From the NCBI GenBank assembly GCA_043228905.1, contig JBHGNT010000021.1, positions 4,588,001-4,652,000 on the forward strand: a stretch of 64,000 bases of DNA, written 5' to 3'. Below the pieces are notes generated by a model that did not search any database, had not been told where the DNA came from, and worked only from the letters and a program-made list of their open reading frames with translations. Both the position numbers and the translations under genes were made by a program. Each line of letters opens with the position of its first letter. Position 1 is the stretch's first letter. The stretch comes from Azolla caroliniana. Taxonomy: Eukaryota; Plantae; Polypodiophyta. Of this stretch, positions 39,301 to 52,900 are shown piece after piece.

Positions 39301-42300
39301 CAAAACCGTTCCTCCTCCGCCGGCAGTAGAAAGCCACCCCCACTGACCTTGAGCACCCGTAGCATTTTGTTGGTGAACCGGTGTCCTATGCCGGCCGGAT
39401 CCCGTAAACTTGGGTCCGACGCGACCTCTTTCATCCTTTCCTCATTTCCCTCCGGCAAGGGTGCTGCGTCTGGCCTCACCTTCTGGTCCATAGTCTTGTA
39501 CCTCGTATCCACATGGGCTGTCTGATCCAACTCGACCCTTTTCCCGAAGTCGGCAATGACTTCGTACATCTCTACCGAACTAAATGGAATCACTTGGTCT
39601 TCTCTAAGGCCCTCTTCGAACACCTTCCGTACTTCTCCCATGGTGTCGTCGAAAGAGACCGCCTCCACGACGCTGGTAATCTCTTCATTGGGGCCGAGGA
39701 CTCCGTACGCCTTGAGATGTTCCTCTGCCCACTTCCTTTCCCGGCCGCTAACGCCGGTTATTGCGCAACCTCCGTTATCGGAGACCCAAAACCTCCTACC
39801 TATAGTACAAAACTTCCTACCTATGGGGTTCCTCCGGGTCTCTGGACTATCGTGGCCCCACGCCTTCATAGCCCTCTCTAAAAATCCCCTCGGTCATCGC
39901 TGTCTAGAGTTTTGCAGTTATGCTCGTGGTTCGGTTGCACGGTCAGGAATTGGATGTAGTGTCGTCCATCTTGGCTCTTCACACATGCATATGCTGAACC
40001 ATTATCCATCACCTTGGTCTCCATGCATGTTGCCATAATGTATGGTTCGTCGAGTATCACCGGGTGCGAGGATGTCTCCTGCACGAAGAAGTGTTGGTCG
40101 ATCTCGACATCTCCAATCTTCACACGTACATTTGGGCACGCCCCGTGCAACTCTTCTGTAGCGCGTGTCGGCGTGCGTATCTTCCACCCGTGCTTGGTAT
40201 TGATTGGCCATTTCCCTTTCTTATAGAAGTCCATGGACATCAGGTTAATCTCGGAACCGTGGTTTATCAACGCCACCACCGACTCCTGGACGTCTCCAAC
40301 CCGAACGGAGGTCTCCGTAGTGGCTCTTGCCCAGTGCAACTTTGAGTAGTGGCTCTCAGCCAACTCTTCCTCTAGGGCCATGTCTTCCAGGTGCGTTGTC
40401 CGCACCTCCACGGGCTTCTTCGGTTCCGGCTCCGTCGAGAGCCGTTTCCACTTCACCAAGTCCAGGATGGAATCGTGGAACTCTTTCTTTGCAATTCCAA
40501 GCACCTCCCTCAGTGAAAACTCCACCTTGCTATCAAGGATTCATTGTTTGAGGACCTTTCACAGGTCCGTCGTCCTCTCTATCTCGGTGCCCAGACGGTA
40601 ACCAGCCTGCTTCATCCGATCTTGCGGGCCGGAACCACCAGAATCATTCTTCCCCGGTCCGCTTCGCGTCTCGTACCGTTTCGAAGGTCCGTCTCCCACG
40701 GCCTTCCCTGCTCTCTTATCCTCCACCAGAACCTCGTAGTTCTGGCACGTGGCTTCTACGAAACCGGTCTTCTCTTTTACCGGGTTGTCCCATCCGGTAA
40801 ACTCCCGGATCCGCTTCTCCACGTGGTCCGCTTCCTCCTTCCTTTGTCTTACTACGGAGAGGCCTCGTAGCACCAATGGCCAAAACCTAGAGTCCTTCAT
40901 CCCTTTGCTGCCGTCGTCACTCCCTACCTGGATTCCGGCCAATGCCGAGTAGTGAATGGCTTTAGCGTGTCGTGCCGCGGCTTCTTCCATCAACTGCTTC
41001 ATTCCGCCGCGCCCAATATTCAACTCCAGGGCTTTCCGGGTCTCGCTAGCGTGCACCCGCCCGTTCCACAGGTACACAACGTTAGTCCTGAGTGCTTCTG
41101 CGAAGTCCGCGCACTCCTTCCGGATGTGACCGACCGCATCACACCACATGCACCGCTGCCTTGCCGGAGGCCTCCGGTTGCGAGACGGTTTGCCGCTGTC
41201 TCTCCAGGCCTGCATGTTCTGGAGATCACGCACCATTTGCGTCAGCTCTTCCAGAGGCGCTCCTCCGGACGGGCCCTTGACCACGCCGGTCGAGGTTGAG
41301 CCCGTCTCAAGCCAATCCCGGGTTTCTTCCTTTCGTGTTGGCGAAGGTTCCTCGAACTTCCTTGCCGGAACGGGTCTCGCCGCCGTCGAACTTTAGTTGC
41401 CCCACTCACGCCGCTTGTCGAGTCGGCTGCAGACTCTTTTAACCATGGTCAAGTCGGCTGTCAGCCCATCATTTGTCTCCAGCAGGAGACCCACTTGATC
41501 CCAATCCCGCACGTCCATCGCTTTGACGAACAACAGGTTACGACTCGTGTCTAGCACGGTCATGTCTAGTGCCGAGAGCCGCGCGAAGCGTTCCTCAAAC
41601 TCCCGGAGGAGCGCCGACGCGTTCCTCCCCTTTCCGGGGGTCTCTAGCCCGTACTTCTTGAGGAGCCGATCTTTGAATTCTCCCAGGTCCGGTACCTAGC
41701 CTGTACCTCGAGCACCTCTACGTGGATGCACGGCGTTGCCACCCGAGGGAATCCGGCCAGTCGCCTATCCTCCGGGATGTCCCTCATCACCATCTCGACT
41801 TGGTAGGCCTCTAAATAGCTCGTGGCGTTCTTCCCACCGAACCGGCCATCGAACTGACAATCGCTTCGATGGCCTTGTTGAGGGCTCCTGTGCCCTCGCG
41901 AGCACTTACTATCCGATCAAAGGCTGCCACCATGGCTTCGGCAAGCTCTGATCCCCTCATCTTCGACTCCTCTGACGCCTTGTTTCACGTCGGGTTCACC
42001 AAAGATGTCGTGTAGTTACGCTCTCGTGTAGGAAACTAAGGGGGGACCGTGGGAGCCTTGGACCGAGGAATGCAAGAGATCAAGGGGAGAGAGAGCATGA
42101 GCGTCGAGCCGGCGAATGCCTGCTTTCGGCAAGTGGCGCTTACCAGCCGAACGAATTGCAACCACGTGTTCAGATCGAACAGAGATGCACACCCACCAGA
42201 CAGTGAAAGGGAAACACGTAGAAAAGCACAAAGAGACAACAAACAGGAGAGTCATTTACAACAATAAGGATTACAACGCTTTGCAAGATTACAACCGGCG

Positions 42301-42744
42301 AGCCGACAACAGACCCAACACAGACACTCGCACTCTCACGCACTCAGTGGAGCCCCTGTCGGAAGCACTCAGGCTTTCCTCAAAGCAGAGGCAACCAGCC
42401 AAGAACCTGTAGAGAACAACGATAGAGAAGGAGAAAGCTCAGTTCCTAGTCCGACAACACTCCGTCCTCGCCAAAACGAGATCCCTGTTTCAGCCTTCTC
42501 CCCTCTCTTTTATAGGCCGCCGGGGAGGGCCCTCACATCTTGAATACATCATCTTTATTCTTTGTCCCTTCGGACAAAGATACACATTGATTTCCCTAGC
42601 TAGTAAATGTGTACTACCTAGTATATTTACATCAGCCGACCTATTCCTAATTATGTACAACTTATCAATACTTATGCCCGCGCGTGAGGGCCAGTTCATG
42701 TGCCTTGTTCCTCGATTCCACCAATGCCGGTTTTCTCCACGACA
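36337..42744 (-). mobile_element. B: 3'-truncated Gypsy element of the tRNA-Trp lineage
   Basis: 5' LTR 42006-42744 (TGTCGTGGAGAAAACC...CGACA), PBS 41984-42001, gag ATG 41960, gag-PR stop at 39878, RT FLDD, integrase up to the GPY region; outer flank ACGT at 42745-42748. Confidence 0.9.
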
Positions 42745-44949
42745 ACGTGTGTTGGGTTTGGTTGAGTTTCGTGGGCTCCTTCAATGTAGCTCCAGTAACC
42801 TTGCCCGACAAGGTATTGATGCATCTTGTATTCCCAAGATGTGAAATTTGTTTCATTATGTCGATTTCTTCTCTGTTGATGAGCCGGTTTTGTTGATCGT
42901 CGGCGTGTACCACAACACAGTTGAATAGATTCAATTGAGCAACCACACACATTGATACCATGCTACAAAAATGAGGAGCAAGAGTGGCTGAGATGCAGCG
43001 GAAGGACTGTGTGTGTGTATGCATATAAGGCAAAATAGAGGGAGAGAGAGAGCTTAAGAGAGATAAAAGACTATATATTACATTAACCAAAATACTCCCA
43101 ACAGTAACTAAGCTATAAGGGGTTGGTTTAAATACCAACTAAACTAGGCCAAGTGCCCTTTCTATTATTTACAAAACTAGCCTGGTATGACCATAAGCTA
43201 GTGGAAACCTATTTCAATGGGAAGTTGAGTTCGACTCTCAACATCACCACTACTCGCATTTTGAACTGGAGGCAAGCGTGATGGTCGACCTTCTTGGCTG
43301 ACTACGACTTTGAAATTGTTTTTCATCCCGATGCCCAACATGGTAAAGCCGATGCCCTATCTCGGCATTTAGAATTCGAAATTCGACCAGGAGATGAGAC
43401 CTACAATCAACAATCACGTTGTCTACTATAGCCACATCAGATTCAACTCTTTGCAGCTTATATGGGTGCGGATGAATCATTACTCAATGTAATAGCCATA
43501 GATACTGCCATTGACAAATTTGCAAAAGAAATTAAGGAGAATCGAGTCAATAAATCAACCATAAAGGAGGTACGTAATAGTCAAGACCAATTTGTGTTTC
43601 GAGATGGTTTTCTTTTCCTGAACAACTTAATGTATGTCCTAGATGATCCTTGTCGTATCCGTATCATGAAGGAATGCCTAGCTAGACATTTTGGTGTTGC
43701 AAAAACTTTGGAGTTAATCTCTAGAAGTTATTGGTGGCCACAACCTTGGAAACTTGTTAAAAATTTGTGAAAACATGTGATACATGTGCCCACACCAAAG
43801 CAATACATCATCGTCCCTACGGTCTACTTCAACCTTTGCCAATTCCAAGTAGGCCATGGGCCTCCATCTCGACGGATTTGATCACCGACCTTCCCGACAT
43901 TGAGGGATTCAATTCAGTATTGGTGGTGGTGGATAGATTCACAAAGATGGCACATTTATTCCATGTTCTAAGGCAATTTCAGGGATGTAAACAACAGATC
44001 TCTATTGTTAACAAATATTGTGCGCCTTCATGGTTTACCGGATGACATTATCTCTGATCGTGGTCCCCAATTTTTGTCTAATTTCTGGAAGCACCTCTTC
44101 TAGACTCTTGGAACTTCCACAAAATTTTTGACAGCCTTCCATCCTGAGACAGACGGCCAATCGGAACGAGTCAATTAGATCCTAGAGCAATATCTCCGAT
44201 GTATGATAAGTTATCAACAAGATATTGGATCAAATTTCTTCCAATGGCTGAGTTCGCCTACAACAATACTCTCCACACATCAACTAGCGTAACACCCTTC
44301 TTCGCAAATTATGGGTTCCACCCACACTTTAGCATAGCTATCCCTGCTAGTTCTGTGAATCCATGTGCTGAAGAATGAGCTCGTCTGATGAAAGAAGTGC
44401 ATCATGAACTATCCCTAGAACTCTCCATTGCTCAGGAATGACACAAAGAGAAGGCTGATCAACATCGATGGGTTCTGCTTGGTTTTAAAGTCGGTGACAT
44501 GATCTAGCTATTACGTCGGCATATTCCGACAACTCGTCCATGCAACAAACTTGATTACAAAAATTTGGGTCCATTCTGCATCATTGATAATGTCAACCCT
44601 GTGGCTTTCCGTCTTGCTCTTCCATCACACTACCGAATTCACAATGTCTTCCATGCATCACTTCTTGAGCTCTATCATCCATCCTCAATTCTAGGAAGAA
44701 GCATCGAGCCACCTCCCCTTGTGGCTTTGGCGACCGGGGATGAGTATGAAGTTGAGACCATTCTGGACTCGCGGAAGAGCCGACGAAAGTTCCAGTATCT
44801 TGTATTATGGAAAGGATATCCCATCTCTAAGGCTACATGGGAGCCTGCTAGAAATTTACTAAATGCCCTGGAAATGGTTCATGATTTTCATTTCCGATAT
44901 CCTTACAAACCTTCACCTTCTTGAAGTCGGCACTTCAAGGGGAGGATAA

Positions 44950-45322
44950 TGTCATGAACATCAACTCGAATGTGAACCTTAGGCCCTTGTATATATATAT
45001 TTCTCCTAGACAAACTTTAGACTTCAAACCTTTGTATAAAGAGTGGTATGTAGGACTCAATATGTAAGACCCAGTATGTAAGACTCATTATGTAAGACTC
45101 ATTATGTAAGACTCAGTATGTAAGACTCAGTATGTAAGATTCAGTATGTAAGACTTGATATACAAGAGTATGCTTGATATTATAGTATGTAAGACTTGGC
45201 ATGAGCATGCTTATCATGCATCACTACATGTATAAAAAGGGTTGATCTCCCTTGTTAACATCAAGGAGATCAACACTAGTGATGGAATAGATATTTTTAT
45301 CTCCAATTGTTCATCCGTGACA
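44950..45322 (+). repeat. T2 3' LTR containing 8 tandem 14-bp units TATGTAAGACTCAG (45047-45158)
   Basis: Follows chromodomain and PPT; TGTCA...TGACA termini; TATAAAA at 45231. Confidence 0.85.
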
Positions 45323-46237
45323 ATTGCAGTCAACACAATTTCTCATGGAGTTAAACATGGATCAATTGAGGAAGAAAGTCGACTTCAAGGAAAAATGCTA
45401 TATTGTTGTTTTGTGAACTTCAATAAAGCCTTTGATATTGTACCAAGGAGCGAGCTTTGGAAAAGAAGTATAGAGATCGAAACACCATTAGAGTGCAGAG
45501 TAGTTGCAACACGATTGTATGAGTAAGTCCAGTGGCAATTGAAAATGGATAGTGGTTCCTTGAAGTACTTCTTGAGTAAGATGGGGTACCAACAAGGGTG
45601 TCCACTCTCTCCCACACTTTCTGGTCTGTGTTAGTAAACTTGAAGAAATAAATTGTAAGAAAGGTTGCAAAAAAAGGATTAGACAACCCAAAACTCATGC
45701 AAGAGTTCATTTTTATACTCTATATGTTGGTGATGTCTTATTTTCATGTACTTTGGATGATATGCAACATTTACTTGATGTATTGGAAACATTGTGTCAA
45801 ATCATCAAGCTAATTGTTAATGTGCTCAAAACAAAAAATGATGAAATAAAGGCAATACAACGAAGACACTACCCCACTTTTACATACAAGGGAGAATTGA
45901 TACAAGTGGTCCAAAGTTTCAAATATATTGTGATTAATGTCCCTATCGACAAATAGGTGGAATGTGTGCTACAAATCTAGAATCCAAGTAGGTTGGAATA
46001 GTTACTATATGTTTGAGAATCAATGCAACCAAAGTGATACTCAAGGATGGGAAGTGAGGTTGATGTTATTCAATAATATGGTGATCGAAGTGTTACTTTA
46101 TGGAGTAGAAGTCTGGGGTGGCATTATCTCATTTGATGCATGGAATGAAATAGAGAAAATGCAAAAATGGTTATTACATGGTTCTAACATTATACATTGT
46201 CATGGTATTAGCTCAACATCCAAAGAGTATACTAGTA
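45323..46237 (+). mobile_element. Degenerate LINE reverse-transcriptase fragment (RTE-like)
   Basis: LYCCFVNFNKAFDIVPRSELWK, GYQQGCPLSP, degenerate LYxDD, FKYI, VLLYGVEVWG; many stops. Confidence 0.75.
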
Positions 46238-48645
46238 TATCACTGAAGTCAAGACTATGACGAATTGCAGATTTCGAAAATGGGCTTGGAATATGACAAT
46301 ATTGGGATGATATGGCAAAACTCAAACCCATGACCTTATGTTACATAGGTTGAGCTCTTGACCATTAGACTATATGTTGTAATACAAAGGATATTATTTT
46401 CATTTAAGTTTACTACAGAAAATTGATGTATATTCTAGATTTCTCTAGAACATTCTAGAAACTTCAGGAGTACTCCTAAGAACACTATAAAAGGAGGCAC
46501 AAGGCATTATTTCGAACCAAATCGGTTCAACGCAAGTCTTAAGCATCCTAGCTACTATTGTATATTCTCTTAACATAATATATATCTTTTGTTATCATCA
46601 TTCTCTCTCTCTCTCCATCTCTCTCTCTCTCTCTCTCACTCACTCTTTCCTTGTCTCGAGAGTTCTACACCTCCCTTACTAGTACTAATCCTCATCTTTT
46701 AGTATTAAATCCTTCTCTGTCTTAGTATTGTTCTTGACGGTACTTGTCTGTCTTAGTACTGTTTCTGACAGTTTGAACCGATTTTGGTCTCCTTCTCTTC
46801 CTTTATCTGCTTACTTCTCCCTCCCTTCATACTAATCTCTTATTCCTCTTTTCTCTCATACTATGGACATTGTTAGTGCTCAAGAATATCAATCTGTTTT
46901 TTCGGAGTTGCAATGCTTGAAAGAGAAGTTTCTCGCATTGGAACAAGAAAATCAACGACTGTTGGGGGAGCTTCAACAAATCTCCTTAGAGAAGTAGCAG
47001 ACGCAACAACAACATGGGGAACTAACATTATGCGTGCAAAAACTCGAAGCAACCATAGTCGTGATGCAACAACAAGGGCCCAGTATGCAAGGGGTTCATA
47101 AAGAACCCAAGATCGGCCTGCCCATGAAATTCAATGGAACACGATTACAGTTTAGAGGTTTCCTTAATCAAGTATGATTAGTCATTCAAATGCATCCTTC
47201 CCGATATCCCATCGATGCATCACGGGTGGGTTTAGTAGGCACGTTGTTAAGTGGCTCAACTTTGGCATGGTTTGCTCTGTTGTTAGAAAAGGAATCTCCT
47301 TTACTAAACAATTTTGAAGAGTTTTTAAGTGAGTTTAAAGCCTGTTTTGGAGATACTGTCAACATAAGGACAACAATTAAAAAAATCCAATGATTATGTT
47401 AAGATGATCGTCTAGACTCCGCATACGCTGCAGATTTCCACCTACTTGCCTCCGATATCCCCTGGGATGACCAAGCATTTATGGAGCAATTTCGTTATGG
47501 TCTAGATAACAATGTTAAGGATTTACTCTTGACCTTCCCTAAAGAACCAAAGTCATTGACAGAAGCAATTAGTCGCGCGGTGAGATGCGACAACCGTCTT
47601 TTCGAACGACATTCGGAACATCAGTTCTAGATGCCAAGGGCAAGATCAGAGCCCACCTATGCCTCAGTGGTAGCAAAACCTTTTCCAAGGGAGTCATATA
47701 ATGCATCTCCAGTGAATACTCCAACTCTGATGGAAATTGACACTACACATCGTCGCGGACCATTATCGGAAGAAGAAAAGCATCGAGCCGAGAAAATCAA
47801 CTATGTCTTTATTGCGGTGGACTAGGGCATATTGCAGTGAACTGTCCCCATAGGCCAAGAAGACAGGTGAACCAAATAGTTGCTAGTTCTAATGGTACTA
47901 AACTCGAGTCTATTTCAGTAGGATATCTGATAGTCCTTTTAGTATTAATAGTCCAAATCTATCGAACAAATTTGATGTCCTTAGTCAATTAGAAGAAGAG
48001 TTAAACGACTAAGTCTAACCAAAATAGGAGTCGTTTGGTTGGACGGCCCTAGATCTGTGCAACCCATTGGTGGTTCCATTCCCTCTAAGCAAGTTAGCAA
48101 TGTGTTCTTAGCCCAAGTAACAGTTAGTACTAAAAGTACCTCTCTAGTACCTGTCTCAGCACTCCTAGATTCCGGAGCTAATTCTTGCTTCATGGATAGG
48201 AATTTTGCCGAAGCTCATCAAATATCCCTAAGAAAACTCCCATGTCCAGCCTCTGTAGTAGTCGTTGATGGTCATCCAATTGCTTCAGGAAATATCACAG
48301 AAGAGTCGGAGCCCGTTAATATTGTCCTAGATAATTCAACGTGTGTAGTATCCTTTAATATAATTAGTATCCCAAAACATCCCATTGTTTTGGGATTACC
48401 ATGGTTCGAATTACATAACCTAGACATAGATTGGAGAACAAGGGAAATCCCGTATCGACAAACCCTTTTGCTACATCGATTGCATGAGGAAGGACGCAAG
48501 GAAGAAATGTTTCTCTTCGCAGCATTAGTAAAACCCTCCACAACCACTAAAGAGGAGTCCACCATTCAACTTCCAGAGAAGTATCGTCATTATGCCGATG
48601 TGTTCGATAAAGTACAAGCTAATACGCTTCCTCACCATCGACCCA
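46238..48645 (+). mobile_element. T3: 5' part of a third Tcn1/Tf1-like Gypsy (LTR, gag, protease)
   Basis: LTR ends ...CTGACA at 46770 (left end approximate); self-complementary PBS 46773-46784; gag KIGLPMKFNG, AVRCDNRLFE, MEID, CCHC remnant; protease LLDSGANS...LGLPWF; breaks off at LPHHRP. Confidence 0.8.
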
Positions 48646-49035
48646 ATGAAAACCGGAAGAGAACCCAATGAAAACCAAAAGAGATCCGGAAATCGGATCA
48701 GATGGACCCGGTGAGAACCGGAAGAGAAGACATATTTGTAAATATGTTATGAGTAAGCCAATTGAGGCTATATTTGTAAATAGCCCTAAGTTCATATAAG
48801 TATAAATATGACTTAGGGCAATCACTTTGTAAGGTTGTTGTCATATTGTTGTATGTGTATAATTGTTGTATAGAGAGAGCGAGAGAGTAGATATAGAGCG
48901 ATACTCTGTTGTAACCACCGCTCGGCGAAGAAACAAAGCTCGAGGTCGTTGCCTCCGAGTCTCTGATTGTATCTTTCACATATAGTGAAGGTTTGGAGTC
49001 TGTGGGATCCCGTGGTTTTTCCCTATTAGGGTTTT
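48646..49035 (+). mobile_element. Truncated LTR fragment related to the Copia G LTR
   Basis: Shares GACCCGGTGAGAACCGGA, GGCTATATTTGTAAATAG, TATAAATATGACTTAGGGCA and CCGTGGTTTTTCC with 54774-55498. Confidence 0.75.
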
Positions 49036-49963
49036 TGTAAAAGAATACGTTGTGCGGAAGCGTGTGCGTAAACACAGAGTATACAGTTCGGAGGAGTAAG
49101 ACAGTTCGGTAAAACACAGAAAACGCAGAGATGGAGATGGAGAGGGAGAGGTAGACAAAGAAAACTCAGATTCAAAATAATGACACTCTGTTCTATGTGT
49201 GTACATACTTCATGCTCAGTAAGCACCTTATATACAAGCCCTGACAATCGGGTTGACACAAGTACTGACAGTACTTGAATGCTCATAAATGAACTCCCAA
49301 ACTTATTCCTTTACGAGGAATAACGCTCTAATGGCCTCTTCGGTTTTCACATCGATGCAGCCCTATTGTGTGTACTTTTTCACGCACCCAGTCTATGCAC
49401 TAGGTTACGCTGCGTACTTCGCACCGAATGTTGAGCTTGTCTCTCAACACTCCCCCTCAAGCTCAACTTGAGGTTCCACTTGCTCCGCCAGATCTACGCT
49501 CCGGTCCCTTCTGGCTTCACACCTCACTTGCACTCCTTGACCCGTTCGATTCCGCGCGCTTCGACTCTTCTGGTCAGCTTGTCAGCTTGTTTGGCCCTTC
49601 TCAGCTCCCTTGCTGTCGCAGTGTCGGTGCGTCCTTCACTGCCCTTTTCTCCGCATGGCCTTTAGCTGATTCGGCGTATCCGAATCGAACATTCTGATTG
49701 AATTGAACACTTCAGATTCAATTCCGCTCTAATCCGAATTGGTTGTCTCCAATTCGTCCTCAATCTTCAAGCCCCTGACAACATCCGACCATGTCTTAGT
49801 CTTGGCCTTATCTCCCCCTGTTTCGGCTGTCCTCGACTTCTTCTCATGCTTACAACCCTTCCTTCCGTCTTTGGCTTCTTCAGCCGGTTCGAAGTCAAGT
49901 TCTCCATCCGACTCCGCATCTCGGTCACTTCCACCGTGATGCTTACCTTCGCTCCTTTCACGT
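49036..49963 (-). mobile_element. H: 3' end of a Copia-like element (3' LTR 49036-49449, PPT 49450-49460, 3' internal region)
   Basis: Minus strand TTGAGGGGGAG|TGTTGAGA...TTTTACA; the same AGCTTGAGGGGGAGT motif ends the Copia F RNase H. No coding domain is visible, so the Copia call rests on the PPT and termini. Confidence 0.65.
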
Positions 49964-52900
49964 TGTCGAGGTTATCCTCGCGGATGCGTAGAAGTCGGGT
50001 AGGACCACGGGGATCTCGAACCAAGGAATCAGGAAAGCGAGGAGGGAGGAGTTTGGGGATCATGTAGGGCTTGAGAACACAAGAGAGCGGGTAAGTCAAG
50101 CGAACGAGAGAGAGTAAGAGAGTCACGCGTAGACACAGACACGGACAAAGTCACTGAGAACAAAGTATGTTAGGTAGAAAGAGTTCTATTAAAACACAGG
50201 TGCACGGTGCTATGAGCAGTTACAGCTAGATCAGAGCCGGTGATGGAGCGTGGAACTTTGGCAAATAGCCAGGTACAAAGAGACGTCGGTGCGCAGAAGG
50301 TCGATCCCTAGGTTGGGAGCACTCGGGTGTCTGACGTGAGCAGGGGAAGCGCCTTCTTCCTCGGTCAGTCCTCGGTCATTCTCTGTGTATCCTTTTTTCT
50401 AGATGGCATTCCGAAAACAGTCAAAGGTCGCCCCTTTTATAGCACAAGGAGCGACCGTTACAAGCATTAATGACCCATCACTTTTTTGTCGTAGATTCTC
50501 TCCTCGTAACTCTCCCTACTTATGCGATGTCTATATCTTCTTTAATGCTCTAACTACCTAGTACCCCTCCTTATACTTATGCCTAGTACTCATCCTATTT
50601 AATTTCCCTCGAGGTGTGCACTCGCGTATACCCATGTTCTCCTGCGCATTTCACCTTGTTTCCGCTTATGGCCCGGAATCTTCACGACATCCACGCCCAC
50701 TAAACCGCACATCGTCCTGTATGTGCCGGATTGCGAATTTGGTGAGGGATTCCGGGCCATCGGTTACTCGTCATCCTCTCCTGAACTGGCGCTTTTAGTT
50801 CCGGGGTTAGGTTCTGCTTTGTTCTGTCTCTTGAAGGCTTTTATCCGCTTTCCAGCCACCGGAGTTGCTACTCGTGTCCCGTCGAGCTTCGAGAGATGAT
50901 ACGTCGCGTTGTCGTTGACGCTAGTTACCATGTACGGTCCGAACCAACGCTTCGCAAACTTACGTGTAGACCTATGCTGGTTGTCGAGGCTACTGTTGTA
51001 GACTAACACCCAATCACCTTCCTCGATCTTCCTTGGCCGGAGTTGGTGTGTTCGGTCAAACCGGGTTTTGTTTCGGAACGTGCGCCTCTTTCACCCTTGC
51101 CGTGGCTCATTCCATGTCTTCCGGTCTTCGCTCAAGTTTCTGGATTCGTGCCGCTAGCAGCTCTTCTCTGCTCATTTCGTTAGACCAATCGATTGCCGTC
51201 CACGAGGCGATCGTTCTCTCAACGAGCATGATGGGTTTTTGTCCGTACATTAGTTCCGCCGGCATGTACCCTGTCACCGAACTGTGGGTGGTTCTGTCCG
51301 CCTATAACGTGTATGGGAGCATCCTCGGCCAGTTGCCGACTCGACCTCCGCACACGCGTACAATGGCTTTTACGATCGGACCGTGGCCCCGTTCAATCTT
51401 TCCGTTTGCCTCCGGGTTGTACGCCGTTGTGAGGGACAGTTTCATGCCTAACCGATCGAACAATTCCTCGGCCTCTTCCGCGTCTAGCTCTCCTCGGTCA
51501 GCCATGATTTTCCCCACGCACCCGTATCGGCATATAACATCCTCGATCAGAAACCTACATACTGACGTGGTGGTCTTGTTTGTTAGTGCTCGTCCCTCTA
51601 CATGGTTGGTTAGGTCCTCTCTAGCCAGCACTAGGTATCGCTTCTACCCTTCGCCCATCGACATCATCACTAAGTCCACCATCCACTTGAAGTGCACGGT
51701 CGAGGAATAAGTCGGGTGTAGTTCGTCGTGGTGCCGAACCACCGAGTGCATCTGGCAGCTTTCGCACGTAGACATGAAGTTGTGCTTGGCCACCAGTATT
51801 TTTCCTTTAACTTCTCGAATGTAGCCCACGTACCCTGGTGTCCAGACCAAGGGCTCTCATGGAACTCCGACATTAGCTTCCGTTGGTCATCCGCCTGCGT
51901 TATTACCTGGAGCGGTGCGTCGTTTCGCCTTTTTGGGACCCTCCAGATTTTCCCGTTCCGTAGGAAATATCGGTATGCCCTCTTCTGGAGCTGTCCGGCC
52001 TCCTCCTTAGTCATCATGGTGTCCATCGTCATTGTCTTTAGAAATCTCCCAATTAGGAGTCACTCCCCGTCGTAGCCGTCTTCGTCGAACTCATTCACGG
52101 GAGGGGCGCTTTGCTCTTTAATCCTTATCCTTACCGATTTGAAGAAGTCTGCGCTGACTTCTTCGTCCTCCGATACCATGCCGTCCTCGTCCTCGAATCT
52201 TGCTCTGGAAAGCATGTCGGCCATGGCGTTGTCTTTACCCGAGATGTGTCGTATCTCCGGGTTCATGGACTTGATGTATGCAATCCACATGAGCATGGCC
52301 AGGTCAGGAGTCGCGCATCCGGAGACCATACCGAGAATCAGCAACCAGTTCGTTTCTATAATTACTTTCGCCCCGATTAAGTAGTCTTTGTTGACCTTAA
52401 CCGCCGAAACGATACCCCACAGCTCGCGCTTGACTTGGGCATATCCTCGCTGTCGTTCACTTAGTACCTTCGCACTAAACTGGATAGGGAAGCGCGTGCC
52501 GTCTTCGTCCTCTTGATTCATGACCCATTCGATCCCGGTCGGGCTGGTGTCCACTGTGATGTAGACCGGAGTACTCAGTGCGTATTCCGCTTTGCGCAAA
52601 GCCGGCGCTGCAGTAAGCGCTTGCTTTAGCTTCCGAACTGCCTCCGTATGTTCCTTCGTCCATGCGAATCTTCTGCTCTTCTTCAGTAGGCCGTAGAGTG
52701 GTTCGACGACGTGTGCGTAATGAGGGATTCATATGTGGTAGAAGGCGCATGCTCCTAAGAATCGCCGGACCTCTATGACGGATCCACACTCCTCCTTCAT
52801 TGCCGAGATGGCCTCTACCTTGGTCGGTGATGGCTTCCGGCCGTACGACCCACATAGGTGGCCAATCACTAATATCTCTTGTTGCCCGAAGAACGACTTC

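Larger units (their letters stand above)
25617..43243 (-). mobile_element. F: Copia LTR retrotransposon, interrupted by Gypsy A, E and B and internally deleted
   Basis: LTRs 42961-43243 (5') and 25617-25906 (3'); TSD TCACA/TCACC; PBS TGGTATCA (iMet type) at 42953-42960; gag N-terminus ~42749-42905; RT/RNase H 33047-34400 (YVDD, TRPDL, DADW, EAEY, TKHIEVHYHF). Confidence 0.85.
17821..45322 (+). mobile_element. T2: 5'-truncated Tcn1/Tf1-like chromovirus (Gypsy) in three pieces: 17821-18180, 23373-25616, 43244-45322
   Basis: Gag CCHC knuckle CLYCGGPDHLIHSC rejoins across T1; protease LLDSGAT; RT YLDD; RNase H ETDASD; frame LVYF|TTTRIL rejoins across Copia F; integrase; chromodomain EYEVETILDSR...YLVLWKGY...TWEP; PPT ~44937-44949; 3' LTR 44950-45322 (TGTCA...TGACA). 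Many stops and frameshifts. Confidence 0.85.

Noticed and set aside
49047-49052. ACGT followed by TG, a possible further ACGT-targeted insertion
   Set aside because: It lies just inside the H LTR terminus and what follows is not the TGTCG family terminus.
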